Shown here: one piece after another, positions 41,230 to 55,086 of the stretch
Layout of the letters: each line of letters opens with the position of its first letter
How positions within the stretch are numbered: position 1 is the first letter of the stretch
Origin: Hormiphora californensis
Lineage: Eukaryota > Animalia > Ctenophora
Length of the DNA: 64,000 nt
Assembly (NCBI GenBank): GCA_020137815.1
Contig: CM035359.1
Coordinates: 1,178,001-1,242,000, forward strand
Reading direction: 5' to 3'
The notes under the pieces: model-generated
The model's database searches: none
What the model was told of the DNA's origin: nothing
The model's input: the letters and a program-made list of their open reading frames with translations, nothing else
Translations under genes and position numbers: made by a program

Positions 41230-41625
41230 GCTAGTAGATAATTGTGTTTATGAAGGAGTAAAATATTGGCTTGTTTTATGAAGGAGCAGGGGAGTGGGGG
41301 AGTAACGATAACAGTGTTGTTCAAAATCGTGATTTACATATTTACAGTTGTCTATTTACACATGTCACTAAAATCTGTGAAAACTTTCTGTGATTCGCTG
41401 ACGGCGCTGACATAAAATTGTTCAGTTTGTTCTGCCATTTGTAGTTGTGTTCACTGATCAAATAATTTACAAAGTCTCTATAAATAGTTCCCAAATATCC
41501 CCTCATTTCCCCTGATCCTCCTGTAGAAATTCCCTCTGATTCCCAAAAAAATTTCCCCTGATTCCCCCTTAGGAATTCCCTCTGAAATTGTCCTTCCTTT
41601 AGAGTGGATTCCCCACAAACCCCTA

Positions 41626-43488
41626 CTAACCGCTCGCACCATCCCTAATCGATTCTCCACAGTTTTCATTATTGCTGCTCCTGTTTCGACCGCGACTGAA
41701 CGAACTGACATGCCGTAATTCAGCGTTAACAGACTTCTCCTTCTCTATCTGTTCTTTAGCAGCGGTTTTGAACAGATTCGATTCAAGTTGCAACTTTCGG
41801 AACCTGGAAGCAGGAGGAAAAGTAGATACACTGGTCACTGAATAAAATGAGGTAGGATTTAGTTATATGAGTTGTGTTATAAAATCCCGTAACTTGTCAA
41901 GTTGTCTTAAGAGGGAGGAACCCACCGGGCGCAAGGAAAAAGGGTCGAGCAAGACGGTATCCTGGATAAAACCAGGAACCGACCGAAACAAGTAAACAAC
42001 CAATCAGAAGTCGTTATTTAGGTCACGTGACTGGTTATCAGCCAATCAGGGACCAGTATTTCCTGATTTGGTCGGTTCCTGGATAAAACTTACTTCTCCC
42101 GTTCATCCAGTAACTCTTCTCTAAGTTCCCTGACTATTCGGTTACTGTTTACACTCTCTTTGAGGGCCGCTAATTCAGCTGAAACTTTCTTTTCCCTCTC
42201 CCGGGCTTTGTCTCGCTCATCCCGTAATTTCTTTGCGTGCTCTTCCTTCTCCTGCAGAGACAGTTAGTCATTAATCAGAGAGGGAAAGATCTAGCGGGGG
42301 GGGGGGGGGGTGAAGGCATGGAAAAGGGAAGTTTTTTTAAAATAGTGAGATGAGGAAGTGGGAGAGAAAAGGGGGAAGGTTTACAAATAGATAAATAGAA
42401 TGAAATACACAAAAAAAGAATTGGCTACATACCTGAACTAACTTTCCACGTCCAATAATTTGTTGTGTCAGGTCATCTAATTTTCTGTCCATTTCACCAC
42501 TTTTCAATTTCTCCTCCTGCAACCTCTCTTCATAACCCCGGATTCGCTCCTCAAACTTAACCACAGCCGCACCGTGCACTGTTTGTTCCTCTCTCAGTTC
42601 ACATGATAACGTTGATTCTCGAGTTATTAGATCTGATACTCGTGCATCCAGCCCCTTTATTTTTTCGTGCTATGGGAGACAAGAGTTTGTTAAAAAAAAG
42701 CCCCGAACCTAAACTTTCTCTACTTAGTAAAATTAACAATCTCTCCTATAACAGGGAGGTTACCATATAATTTGGTTTGCTGTTCCAGAGGAAATAATGA
42801 ACAATAACCACGTACTCACAAGAGTAATTTCGTATGATAGCTGTTTTTCCTCTCTCAATCTCATCTCGTTTAACGTTTTGGATAGTTTTTCAAACCGACG
42901 TTGCTCCGCAGCAATCGCAGCACTCTCCCCAGCTTCATATTTCTTTAGTTTGTCTGACAGCACCCTGCACCTCTCTTTGTAATCGTCCTGGAAATGTTTA
43001 GTATGTCCTAATTAGGAAGTATTGGTGACCTTATAAGGGAAACTGTGTCTAATACGATATCAGCGAGTTTAAAAAGTTACATGTTATGAACCACATAGGA
43101 AGCTAGTGAGATTTAATTTGCGTAGGTACCACACATACACTGGAACTTGCCATACTGCATCATGACTGTAACATCACGCACGCTTCGGCCTGGTTCAAGA
43201 AAACAAACAAAAACCTAAGTTTGTTTGTTGTTTAACTAACAAACAAACAAACAAACAAACAAACAAACAAACAAACAACTCCCTCACCTTTAAAACTATC
43301 ATCTCCTTGTGGTTCTCCGACAGTTGAACCCACCGAACCTCTAACGTAGCACACCTCTCAGAAGTTTTAGTGTACGCTCCCTTCAGCTTGCTCCTTTCCA
43401 ACTCCTGTTGTTCTATCTCTGCTTCACTCCTCTCCCATCGTTTAGTCATTTCGTCTAGCCGCTGTTTCAGAACGTTTATCAGCTCCAC
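41626..43488 (-). CDS. CCDC89: CCDC89-like coiled-coil protein. Exons 43488-43288, 42987-42820, 42669-42433, 42251-42094, 41803-41626; first exon(s) unresolved, possibly ~44230-44303
   Basis: ELINVLKQRLDE, LEVRWVQLSENHKEMIVLKDDYK and C-terminal EKEKSVNAELRH resemble CCDC89 motifs as recalled. Junctions are in-phase GT-AG. Confidence 0.65.
41973..42081 (+). mobile_element. 109-bp hAT-like MITE
   Basis: TIRs plus TSD GATAAAAC. Confidence 0.93.
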
Positions 43489-43541
43489 CTGAGAGAGTAT
43501 GGTGATGAAGGCTTTACCGCTGCGAGAAACATGAGTTGGAA

Positions 43542-44121
43542 GGTGGGCGGACTCTAGTGCTAACGGACTCTTTATCTAAATCCAAGGCGGACTCTATATC
43601 TAAAAACGGACTCTTTATCTACAGTTAGATTTTGAAAAAAGTTTAGATAAAGAGTCCTCCCTGTGTAGACTTTTTAGATAAAGAGTCCGCCCTGTGTAGA
43701 ATTTTTAGATATAGAGTCCTCTAGTACATTTTGGCGCCAAATCCTCCAACCCGGACTCTATGTCTAAAATCCTAACCCAACCCAAAACCTAACCCTAACA
43801 CTAACCCTAACCCTAACCTCGAACCCAAATAACGGCCCTAACACTTCTAAATTAGTATAGGGGTAGAGCAAACTCTCGTTTCCGGCCTAACGGCCGAAAT
43901 CTCGAGTTCGCGGCGAAAGGCGGACTCTATATCTAATTTAGATTTATGTAGATATAGAGTCCACTTTTTTTAGACTTTTTAGATATAGAGTCCGCCCTTT
44001 GTAGACTTTTTAGACATAGAGTCCTCCTAGAGTTTAGACTTATTTGGACTCTTTATCTAAATCTAAATTTAGATATAGAGTCCTCTGTAGACTTAGAGTG
44101 TAGCACTAGAGTCCGCACACC
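43542..44121. mobile_element. 580-bp MITE with GG termini, 9-bp TSD and an internal (CCCTAA)n-like tract (MULE-like)
   Basis: TIR GGTG(G/T)GCGGACTCTAGTGCTA. TSD GAGTTGGAA at 43533-43541 and 44122-44130. Repeated GGACTCT(T/A)TATCTA motifs. Confidence 0.87.
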
Positions 44122-44426
44122 GAGTTGGAAGAAGGGTCAGTGTCTTGGCTTGGGAGGGCGTGTGTGTGAGTGTGTACATCTGTGTGCGCGCGGAGAGAGT
44201 GTAGCGCCAAAATTGAGTGCTCCGCGCCGACCACCCTGTTCCAATGTCGCAAGTCGGCTAGTTTCTTGTGCGGGGACGCGGGGTCCCTTTCTGCTTTGAG
44301 CACCTACAAACATAACACCGTACTTCCCGTTCTAACATACTCTCTATCTCTCTTTCTTTCTCTCTCTTTCACAAACAGTGCGTGTCATGATATGTCATGC
44401 TTGATTGACGTGAAGTGTATCACAGT

Positions 44427-44945
<519 letters not shown>

Positions 44946-44954
44946 GAGAGAGAG

Positions 44955-47400
44955 ATACTTACTTTTTGATACTTTTGAGTTGTTCGTCATGATACGTCAG
45001 GTCATCCCAGGAACTCGGACCACCGTTTATTGAAACTGGCTCCAACACACCAGTCAGACAAAGAGTTTCTGTTTGGTGCTTGATATCCAGGTGTAGGGGG
45101 ACGGTCTGGGATATCACGGAGAAGGAGGTCCAGCTTATTTTTAAATAAATCGGGGTCCTCGATCTCCCTCAGATCATCCGGGAGACAGTTCCACAGTCTA
45201 GGACCAATGGAACCGAAGGAAGAGCTATACAGTGTGCAAGTTCTTTTGCTCTTCACCCTTGACAGGTCAGGTATCTCTGCTTTGACACCGTGGCGGGAGG
45301 TACGGTTGAAGCTAATATCGGTTTCATTCGGTATCAGCCCAAGATACTTCCAGGTCCTTACACACTTTAATGATATCATCATCGTGGAGTTCAATACCCT
45401 CGTCCAACCATGAAAGTTCAGGCTTATCGAAGGTTGGCTCCTCGGTCTCAGGGTGTTCGGGTCACTGAAAAACCCTACAGAATTCACTTTGAAAAGCGTC
45501 TGCGATCTCTTTGGGATCAGTTGCCATCGAACCCATCCTCCTTAGTGATTAGAGGAATGGTCGACTTTCCCTTTGCAAAAGATTTTGCAAAAGAGTAGAA
45601 GTACCGCCGGGTTCCGACTTCATCTGTCAGTATTGCCCGTCGCTCAGCGGTCATCTTTCCTAGCTAGTACCAGGTCTTTGGATCTCTAGGCAGACCTGAG
45701 AGAGATGCTCCTCTACTTCTTCTGCTGCTGCTACTTGGTCCTTACTTTTCAGGGCCTCTATACGTGCTCGGAGTTTGGTCTTCGTTCTCCGTAGCTTTTT
45801 GTAACAGTTCGGTTTCCCTTTAGGAGCTTTAACTTCCGGGAAAACCTCCTGGCAAGCAGAAAGAACTTCATGGGTGAAAGCAGCTGGAAAGCTCTGGAAA
45901 TCACTCTCGCTGTGTAGCTTTTCCCAGTTGGACTCAGCTAGTCTTTCTCGCAGAAGTTCGTAGTCCCCATTGTGCCAGTCTAGAGCTCTGAATCCTTCCA
46001 GTTTAGCTCGATGTCTCTGTTGTGGGCGGGTTGGGTGGAAAGTAAGACCCACTTGCACTAGTTCATGGTCCGACATCTCCGTGCTTACTACCTGAACTTT
46101 GCCCACCAGAGATACCTTGTTCACAAAGAACAAGTCCAGGATGTTTTGGCCTCTAGTTGGAGAGTCAACAACCTGTTGCAGAAAATACTTCTCCGATAAC
46201 TCAAGGAGATGTCGAGCTGACCGGGTGTTTTCTGCTGTCCTGCCTCCAATAGACAGGTGATCCCAATCAATTGTCGGAAAGTTGAAGTCTCCCATTAGGA
46301 AGAACTCCGTATCCGGATCCTTATCTAGGTTAGAACCCAAGAACTGGAGGACTCCGGAGAAACTGTCGTAGGGGGCATCAGGGGGTCGGTAGACTACAGC
46401 AATGCTCATGGAACAAGATGGGAGACGGCAGAAAACCGCCTCACATGTGCCATCGTCGTAGCTAGCTGACCATTTAATCGGAACACCTTCATCTACATAA
46501 AGAAGAGCACCTCCTCCCTGTCTACCTACCCTATCAGCTCGAATACACTGGTAGCCCGGCAGCTGGATTTGTGCATCAAGGTGAAAGTCCCTCAACCACG
46601 ACTCAGTGATACCTATAAAAAGGTCCACGAAGACTTGCCTATCCTCCCTAAGTGAGATAATCTCGTGGTTAGTAGAAATCTTTTCTTCCACTCGTATGCT
46701 GTGCGCCGCCGTATTGAAACCCCCAGCATTTAACCCAGGCAGGCTTACTCACTGAACTGAATCTGGCAATCTGGTGCTTTGTGTAGCCACATGTCGGCTT
46801 TAACGGAGGACCCTGTAGCCCTGCACCTGAAACCTGTTCAACTGACTTCTCCATGAGTCCATTCTCTCTCCACATCATGCCGTAGTTATAATCTCCGTTC
46901 CTCGAAACCGTAGAAAATCCTGGTATCCTGGCGAACTTTCCCGGTCTCCTCTAACGCTTTTTCCCTTCCTGCAGGTAGAGCTGGAGTGTGTGGTGGGGCA
47001 GGTTGGTTTTTTTGGTGCTGGGATCTTTTCTTCGAGTTAGCCAGCTTTTGTTGTGTCGAGCTTTGGACAGCTGCAAGCTCCTTCTCAACCTTGTTGTGTG
47101 AGCTCGACCCAAAAGATGTACAGCTTTTGCATTTAGAATTAAAACAGCATGCTTGCAGTTTGTACAAATTGTGCACTGATTTTGGTTGGAATAAGGGAAC
47201 ACTATTAGCGGTACGCCCTTTTGTGAAGTAACAATTTTCAGGCAAGGTTTGCAACTGTTAGATATCCGATCCTTACAAAGGTCCTAAAGTCTATACACCC
47301 ATACTCGCTTTGTCCCCCCTCGTCCCGTGTTGGCATACCCACTCAAGAATGCTTTCCACCACCTGCGGCTCTTTGATCCTGATGTCCTCCTCCTCCAACT
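44955..47400 (-). mobile_element. Internally deleted CR1-group LINE: ORF1 remnant, APE endonuclease (45660-46691) and ORF2 C-terminus (45002-45400); RT core missing
   Basis: GITESWL, GGGALLY, VYRPP, MGDFNFP, PTRGQNILDL, SDH; C-terminal GPRLWNCLP...FKNKLD...IPDRP; AAGT-type tail. Confidence 0.85.
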
Positions 47401-47809
47401 CTCGATCCTTTTCTTCCTTTTCCTCACCTTTTCCTCACCCAGAGATAGAGAGATAGAGATATAGAGATTAGATATAGAGATATATAGTATATACAGATAT
47501 AGATTGATATGCTATGAATATAATACTATATAGAACAATGATACGGTCCTCCCCTCTAACCTTATCTCCTCCTCCCATACCGTGCATCATTTGCTGTTTC
47601 TCTGTGACCTTTATATCACATACAATCATCTCTCTAGCGCTATCGTACCATATCTCTCTACTTCGTCTCTCTCTCTATTCCTTCCTCTCTCGCTGCCATT
47701 CTCTTTTGCTCTCTGTCTCTTCTCTTTCTTTGCTCTGCGCGCTACTTCTTTATTTCGTTGGTTTTCCTGCTCCTTTCTCACCTCTTCTACATCTCTTTCT
47801 AGAAAGAGG

Positions 47810-48365
47810 TTTTCTTTGTTTCTGTTTTCTTCTTTGGCATGTTTGCGGGAATCAACTAAAGTTTGGAAATTCCAAATCCGGAGAGATATCTCGGGTATGC
47901 TGGTGAAATAGCTGGCAACGCCTCCCCGTGGAGAGTGGAAAACTCTTACCCCCCTCCTCGGTATGGCACCAAAGGAATGACAATATGGATGATACTAAAT
48001 CCCAGCACAACTTTGCGATCTCACTAAACTGACCGTTTGGCCAAAACCCACCTTGGTCAGAAATCAATAATGTGGGAGTTTGATGGTACCAAGTTACGTC
48101 GAGTGTCCAAGAAGGAGAAGACGTATTGCGGTTTTGTCCACCGAAAATTCCCTTCGGCGATCTGGTCCAGTGTTCTGAAAGTGGGACACGGGATCTATCT
48201 TGATATTTTTTGTGAATCTCCTATAAATCATTGGAAATGAGGGTTGTTTGTGTTCCCGGCAGCAAGAAGTAAAGCTGGCGAAAAGATTGCGTTGGTTAAT
48301 TCCATCTGCGTGTAAGTACGAAGTTCTTACTTTTCGCTGAAAATTATAGTGCCCAGTCGGTACTA
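47810..48365 (+). pseudogene. Degraded duplicate of the 49750-50247 gene (probably an assembly artefact)
   Basis: Collinear similarity (TCCGGAGAGAT, CACTAAACTGACCGTTTGGCCA, GATATTTTTTGTGAATCTCCT) with many indels. Confidence 0.7.
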
Positions 48366-49502
48366 AACGTGTGAAAAGCTACGAGAACGCACGTCTCTTT
48401 AACAAACCTGTCTGGCATGTTTATAATCAATAAACCCTCCGGCCGCCCGCTAGGGTGATTCCTACTACCCACGACATACTACTGCCCTACCTGCGAATCC
48501 TGGGAGGGTGGTATATAGATCAGACATTATATTCAAGATATCTCGTCAGATATATAGCAGATACCTGACCTCCAGTGCAATTGCTAGGCATTTAGAAAAT
48601 CTCGCTAGTGCAAACGCTGCTGCAGTATAGCGTGGCCAGATTTTAGAGGAAAACACCGAGTAAGTTTGAAAAATAAAAAAATTAAAAATATGGGTGTGTT
48701 GCTGGTGAGAATCGTCGTGAAGAGTCCCCCAAATCCGTCTTCTTCTGTTTGAGTCTGCCTTACACCTGGGCCAAACCAAAAAACTTGGGAGTAGAACAAC
48801 GCCGAGCTCATATCTCCCTCCCAAATCTTAACTTCCATCACTCTGATATTTTGACACAATATTTGTATGGGTACTCATTCGAGGAATCCGGAGTTTCAGC
48901 CAAAAATGCTGCCCTAAACGAACTATTGGACTGTGCGTTGCCGGGGAGACTGCTCGCTGGTGACTGAGAGATCATATGTGCTCGAATATTGGTATTTGAG
49001 GCGGATTTAAGTTGCATTTTAGTGAGGGGGAGAGCTCTTATTGGTGTCTGAGACAAGCAAAAGTGAAACGAAATGCAACGTAACGAACGAGTAATCCCGT
49101 GTGAAACTTCCCCCTGTATATTATGAGACTGTCAAGTCTATAATTCGAAATTGAATGTGGGCAGTTAAGAGAAAGGGAACTTTGGTTACGTGTTATCATC
49201 AGTTTTTATGTTCCATGTTGTGGTGAGAGAGGGTCGAACAAGGCAAGTTATCAGTTGGTACATCGTAATATTGCCGCATTTTTACGTTCTCGCCTCCTGA
49301 TGGATTTATTGTACGATATCTAATATAGAGCAGAGAGCTCCCTATATGTATAACGAGGGATGTCCGCTTGTGCTGTCTAGAAGACAACGACATTAGATGA
49401 TTCAAACCAACTTGGGTAAGAGAGATGGGTAAGAAAGATGCAAAATAATGGAGAGATCTGTGTGTAGGAGGGTGGAGTCAAACCAACTTGGGTAAGAGGG
49501 AT

Positions 49503-49566
<64 letters not shown>

Positions 49567-49589
49567 TGAGTGAGTGAGTGAGAGAGAGA

Positions 49590-49663
<74 letters not shown>

Positions 49664-49749
49664 CGAGACATAGAGCTCCCGAGGGAGATAGGGATATCAG
49701 CTGCTTGTTCTTGTGCATCGCATTATTATATGTTTAGTATTTACGAAAG

Positions 49750-50247
49750 ATGTTTTTCGTTTTGTTTCTGTTTCTTGCATGTTGTGCAGGAGAGCAACAA
49801 AAGTTGGAATTCAAGTCCGGAGAGATGTCAGCAGTGCATGCTAGTGGAATAGCTGGGCGCGCCTTTGATGGAGATCTGACAACTAGTGCCCACTCGGCAT
49901 GCAACACGGCAGGAGAAGAAATATGGATGATACTAACTCTCAGCAAACTTGGAGATGTCACTAAACTGACCGTTTGGCCAACTCACTTGGAAGGATCCAA
50001 TAAGTGGAGGTTTAGTGGTACCAAAGTCTACGTACGAGTTGAAGAAGGAGAAGAACGGTATTGTGGTGTTGTCAGAATGCCTTCTACATCTGGTCAGGCC
50101 AGTTCTGATATTTTTTGTGAATCTCCTGGAATCACTGGGATCACTGGAAACGAGGTGGTGTTCCGGCTGCAAAAGAACGCTGGACAAGATGCGTGTATTC
50201 ATCTGTTTGAAGTGGAAGCTTACAGTTTTAAAATAAGTGAGTACTAA
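49750..50247 (+). CDS. Secreted single-domain protein with an F-type-lectin/discoidin (galactose-binding-like) fold
   Basis: Hydrophobic signal peptide, then AGRAFDG...AHS, W-x-x-L, YCG, IFCE, G-x-x-V and LFEVEAY pattern. AATAAA follows at ~50298. Confidence 0.75.
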   Translation: MFFVLFLFLACCAGEQQKLEFKSGEMSAVHASGIAGRAFDGDLTTSAHSACNTAGEEIWMILTLSKLGDVTKLTVWPTHLEGSNKWRFSGTKVYVRVEEGEERYCGVVRMPSTSGQASSDIFCESPGITGITGNEVVFRLQKNAGQDACIHLFEVEAYSFKISEY

Positions 50248-50390
50248 AGTGTGAAAACTAGAGAACACACTTTTTAAAACTGTCTGCATTTATAATCAAT
50301 AAACCCGGGCCGCCCTCTAGGGTGATTCGCTACACTACATACTGCCCGACCTGCGAAGCTGGGAGGGTGGTATATAGTCAGATATATATA

Positions 50391-53300
50391 ACGGGTGGCA
50401 ACTAAAAATTGTCACAAATTTAAAACGGCTGTAGAATTTTTCCCTTTTGAGATACAGCTTCGGGCCAGTGATAGAACGATTTTTTAGACAATTTTAAATA
50501 GGAACAATATGTAATCAAGGAATAAAATGCTCATTTTCATTGCGATAAGGCGCACGCATCATATCCTCTGATGACCCCACCCCACCAAGCAACGTAGTAC
50601 GGAGTTCTACACGGATTCTATTGATCAATAAACGACCTTGGGGGCACGGACCGGGAAAAGGAGGGGTGAAGAGAATGAGTGGGGTGGGTGGGATTGCTGG
50701 AGATGGATGAGTGCGGGCTTTGGAGGGTGTGGCGAGCGTGTGATTTTGTTGGGGCGTGAACATAGAGGAGGAAAGTTGGGATGGTTTTATGCTATGAGGT
50801 TGTTTCACGATTAGTCACGTATTTGGTACGGGGGCGAGAGAGTGTGGTGAATATGGGGTGTACCGTGGTTGTTAGTAATTAAGAATAGGGTGTGCAGAGG
50901 TAAGAGGGTGGTAGTCGGGTGATGTGGTGGTGGGTGAGGTGTGGAGCTGAGGGTTGGGTGAGTTAGCTGGTGTCAAGGGTGTGGTAGTGAGAAAGCCGGG
51001 GTGGTTATGGAGGATGGGAGGGGAGCAGGGTAGGTAAGTAGGTGGGGTGAGCTGTGTATGGGGGATGGAGGAAAGTAGATAGGGGAGGGTGAGAATTTGG
51101 TTGATCGTGGTTTAGGTGTTAAGGGCGGTAGTGTTGGATAGGGTTTATGGAGGTGTGGGGGTAGTTTGGGGTGTTGGTGTGCTGAGAGTTGGGGGGGTTG
51201 GTTAGAGTGGTATAAATTTTAGGGCAGTGGGTAGGTGGGTGTGTTAGGGAGGGGGTAGGGTGGGGGAGGGTTGGTTAGGGGAAAGGGGTCGAGTGTTGGG
51301 GGGGGGGCGGCGACCGTGATGTGTAGGGGCCAGTGGGGCTGTGTAGGGGGGGGGTGTTGGGTTGTAGGGGGGGTGGGGTGGGGATATGTGGTTTGGGGGG
51401 TTTGTTAGTGTTGGTGTTGTTTGTGTGTGGGGGGGTTGCTTGGGTGAGGGTTTGTAAGGGGGTGTTTTAGGGTGGGAAAGGAGGTGGGTGTGGGTATTTT
51501 TTGTGGGGTGTGTGGTTGAATTTTTGTGAGGGTATGTTTAGGGTTGTTCAGGGGGGGTTTCGGGTTGGGGGTATGGGATGTGAGGGATGGAGGCGGGGGG
51601 GCGGTGGTCTGTTGTTGGTGGGATGTGGGTGGCGCGATGGGTATTGTTGAGGTTGGTGAGGTCTGTTGCTTGTAGTATGCGGGTTGCAGTGGGGGATGCG
51701 GAGGCGGGTGTCGAATTAAGTGTAATGGTTCGGGGGGTTAGGTTGGGTGATATTTTTGGGTGTGTTGGTGTAGGGGAAGCGGTGGGTTCTGTATTGGTAG
51801 TGGTGGGTTTTCAGGGGGGGGGGGTGGTGGTGGGGTGGGTTGGGAGGGGGATGAGTAGGGGGGGTGAATGAGTTTGAGTGGGGTATGGGGAGGGTGGGAA
51901 CGGAGGGGAGGTAGATGGGGGAGGGTCTGTTTTGCTATTAGGTGGGGGGGGCTGGAGTAGAGGGGGGTGGTATGGAGTGAGTGTTTGGAAGGGGGGGAAG
52001 GGGATTTGTACGGGGGGGGATGTGGGGGGTGTGGGATGGGGTAGATAGTGGGGTGGGAAGGTTGTGTTAAGAGTATCGTGGTTTTTTCGAGGGAGGGAAT
52101 GAGATTGTATTATTGGTGGAGGGGTATGTATGTAGTGGTGGCAGGTTGGAGAGTAGGTGGAGGGGTTAGGAAAAGGAGGAGGTAGGTGGTTGGGGTTTGC
52201 GTATATAATTGGGGGGGTTGAGTTGTGGTTGCGTTGGTAGGTGTCCGGGTGCGGTGGGGTAGGGGCTTGTGACTATACGCTGGGGGCGAGGTCCTCAGGT
52301 GGTTATGGAGGGAGAGACTTAGTGAAGGTGAAGGTGGTGTGCTGGGGTTGAGGGGGAAGAGGTTGGTAATGGGTTGGGGGTGGTGCTAGTTGAATGATAT
52401 TGGGGAGGGGAGTCGGCGGAGGGACGGTGTTTTGTCGGTTGTTCTTTTTGTGTTTTGGGCGTTCTTTATTCATCTGCCTTGTGTTAGGAGTGTATCTCTC
52501 CCCGCCTGATCTTTGTTTTAGTCTTTGCTCCTAAGGTTTTCATCAGTATACAGTTGGTTGCTGGCTATGCGGCGGCATGGACTGATGTTGTGGTTGGGGA
52601 TGCTAGTGAGATATGGATACGGTGTGCGGGAGTAGCACGGAGTGTGGAAGAGGGGGGGTGATGTGAGTTAACGTAGGATGGTTGCTCGGGGGGAAGGTGG
52701 GCGGTGGTTGTAGTTTCTGTAGGGGGATGATGTTCGGTCGAGGTGAGAATCGGAGGGACTGGTGATGATGGAAGTGATTGGAAGGTGGGGGTGTTGGTTG
52801 GGTTTTAGGATTGGTGTGCTGGAGGAGGATGGGTGAGAGAGAGTTGGGGGTTTAGAGGGGGGTAACGAATGATTGAGGGGGGAGTATGTCGATTTTTGGG
52901 TGAGGTCTTGGTATGGGGTGTTGAAGGTAAATGGTTTTTTGTGATGGGGATTTTCAGTATATGAGGTGTGAAGATGGAAGTGGTGGGTTTTGTTGTTTGG
53001 GGGACGTGGGGGCGGGGTGGGGGGAGCGGGAACGGGGGAAGGGAGTTTTTATTTGGGATGATTTGAGGGGGTGGATAGTGTTGAGGCGTTGGGTTTATGG
53101 AAATGTGATGGGGTTATGAGGGAGGGGGTTGGTCAGTAATGCGTGAGGAGTGATATGTGGGGGTGGCTTACCAGGGTCGGGGGGGAGGTGTTTGGGAGCA
53201 CGAGCTGTCTTGAAGTAAGTGGGGAGATGATTGTGAGGGAGAGAGTTAGGGAATGTGTAGTTATTTTGTTGGGGGGGAATGTTGAGTTGGAAAGGGGTTA

Positions 53301-54576
53301 GTGTTTGGGTTGTGGAGGGGGATGAGTGATTAGATGGGGTGGGCAGGCGGGTGAGGGGGGGGGAGGGTGGGGAATAGTTTCTGGGGAGGTGTGAAGAGAT
53401 GTGTGGATTGGGGAGAATTGGGGGAAGGATTGGCGTTGTTCTGGTGTGTTGTGGGGAGTTGGTGTAATTTAGAGGAGTGTGACAGTTGGTAGTGGGGATG
53501 GGTTAGGGATGAAGTGGGAGGTGGGCGGGAAGGGTCGGGGGCAGCATGAAAACAGTATTTGTTAGAGTGGGGGGGGGGGAGGTTGTGAGGGCATGGGTGG
53601 TTGTGGATGGCTGAAAAGGAGTGGTTACGATTGTTGGGGTGAGTTAGGATGGAGGTGTGTGTGGAATGGAAAGGGGGGGTGGGGGGATGCGTCGGGTGTA
53701 TTGGTGTTGTTTGGGTGAGGAGGGTTGTGTGTGTACTGGGGGTGTGTGGTAGTGTGCGGATGGGGGGTGGTTGGTGGGGGGGGCCAGGTGTGTTTTGGGT
53801 GGAGGTGGCAGTTGGGTGGCTGTTGTGGGTATGGGGGGAGGGAGTGTGGGTAATGGAGGAAGGCGAGGAGGTGGGTAGAGTGTCTGGCTGGGGAAGGGTG
53901 GATTTAGGGCAGTGGGGGGTGGAGTTGTTAAGTAGTTAGGGTTGTGGGGGGTGGGGAGGTGGAGTGGATGTATGTTGTTGTGTGTTGACATAACCAGACC
54001 CACCAAGCACGTAGTACGGAGATTCGAAAGTTCTATGTGATCAGAAACGACCTTCCCGATGAGATAAAATTCTCAAAATTGGAAGTTTGATTGTTTATGT
54101 CATAACCAACATAACTGCCAAGTTTGAAAATTTTAGCTCATCAGGAAGTTGGTTTTACACGTCATAAATGTTTTGAGAGATCGTCGAAATGGCGATTTCT
54201 CAAATTACCTGTAAACTACGCTTTGGAGGGTTTGTTACAGAAGATTCTCACCAGGAAATTGAGTTTGAAATAAAGTTAATTTAGCTCCAAATTGTCTGAA
54301 AAATCATTTTATCACTGTCCCGAAGCTTTATCTCAAACAGAACAGGCGCTAGAGGTGCTAGAAAAGTGTGTAGATTTCATGTACTACGTGCTTTGGTGGG
54401 TCAAGAGGAAATGATGCAATATCGCAATGAAAATGAGCTTTTTATTTCTTGAAAACACATCATTCCTATTCAAAATTGCCTGAAAAATCATTCTATCACT
54501 GGCCCGAAGCTGTATCTCAAAAGGGAAAAATTCTACAGCCGTTTTAAATTTGTGACAATTTTTAGTTGCCACCCGT
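50391..54576. mobile_element. TA-flanked TIR element (Tc1/mariner-type MITE) whose interior is inflated by junk sequence
   Basis: More than 100 bp of TIR (ACGGGTGGCAACTAAAAATTGTCAC...) with TA at both flanks. It is absent from the duplicate copy near 48510-48560. Confidence 0.8.
50640..53990. other. G/T-rich, C-depleted aperiodic tract; probable basecalling artefact
   Basis: No periodic unit. It is flanked by a re-read direct repeat (CCCACCAAGCA.CGTAGTACGGAG...AAACGACCTT at ~50581-50639 and ~53999-54053). Confidence 0.75.
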
Positions 54577-54882
54577 TAGTCAGATATATAGTCAGATATA
54601 TAGTTAGATACCTGACCTCAAGTGCAATTGCTAGGCATTTAGAAAATCTCGCTAGTGCAAACGCTGCTGCAAGTATAGCTGTGCAAAGATATTTAGGAAA
54701 ACACAGATATTGAAAATAAAAAAGTTAACACTATTGGATGTGTTGACTGTGAGATCGGTCTGTGAGAGTCCCCCAATCCTCTTCTTCCCCTTATAATATA
54801 TATATTTGTAACGCGATCTTGTGGTAAGATATATCGTAACAATGCTCTTGATGTTGTGTCTGTAGGGCGTCTTGTAATCAAT

Positions 54883-55086
54883 TCAATTGATTCGATGTTG
54901 AGACTGATGATAACTTGACTGCTTCATCCGAGCGTGATATGCTGTTTCCTGAGTTGGAGATATAATTGGTGATATGATTTGTACTGTATTACCACTCCTT
55001 GACGTAAAGACTTGGCTGCTCCTATCCGCTAGTAAGTATTTATATCCGTTTATATTGTAAGAAACGATGTTGGCCGCCACCCCCAC
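54883..55086 (-). pseudogene. Possible decayed LINE endonuclease N-terminus
   Basis: NIVSYNING...QET motifs only. Confidence 0.3.

Noticed and set aside
50640-53990. G-rich tract as a G-quadruplex, telomere or switch-like region
   Set aside because: It is aperiodic, bounded by a re-read direct repeat, and sits inside a TIR element; this is typical of failed basecalling. Its ORFs were ignored.
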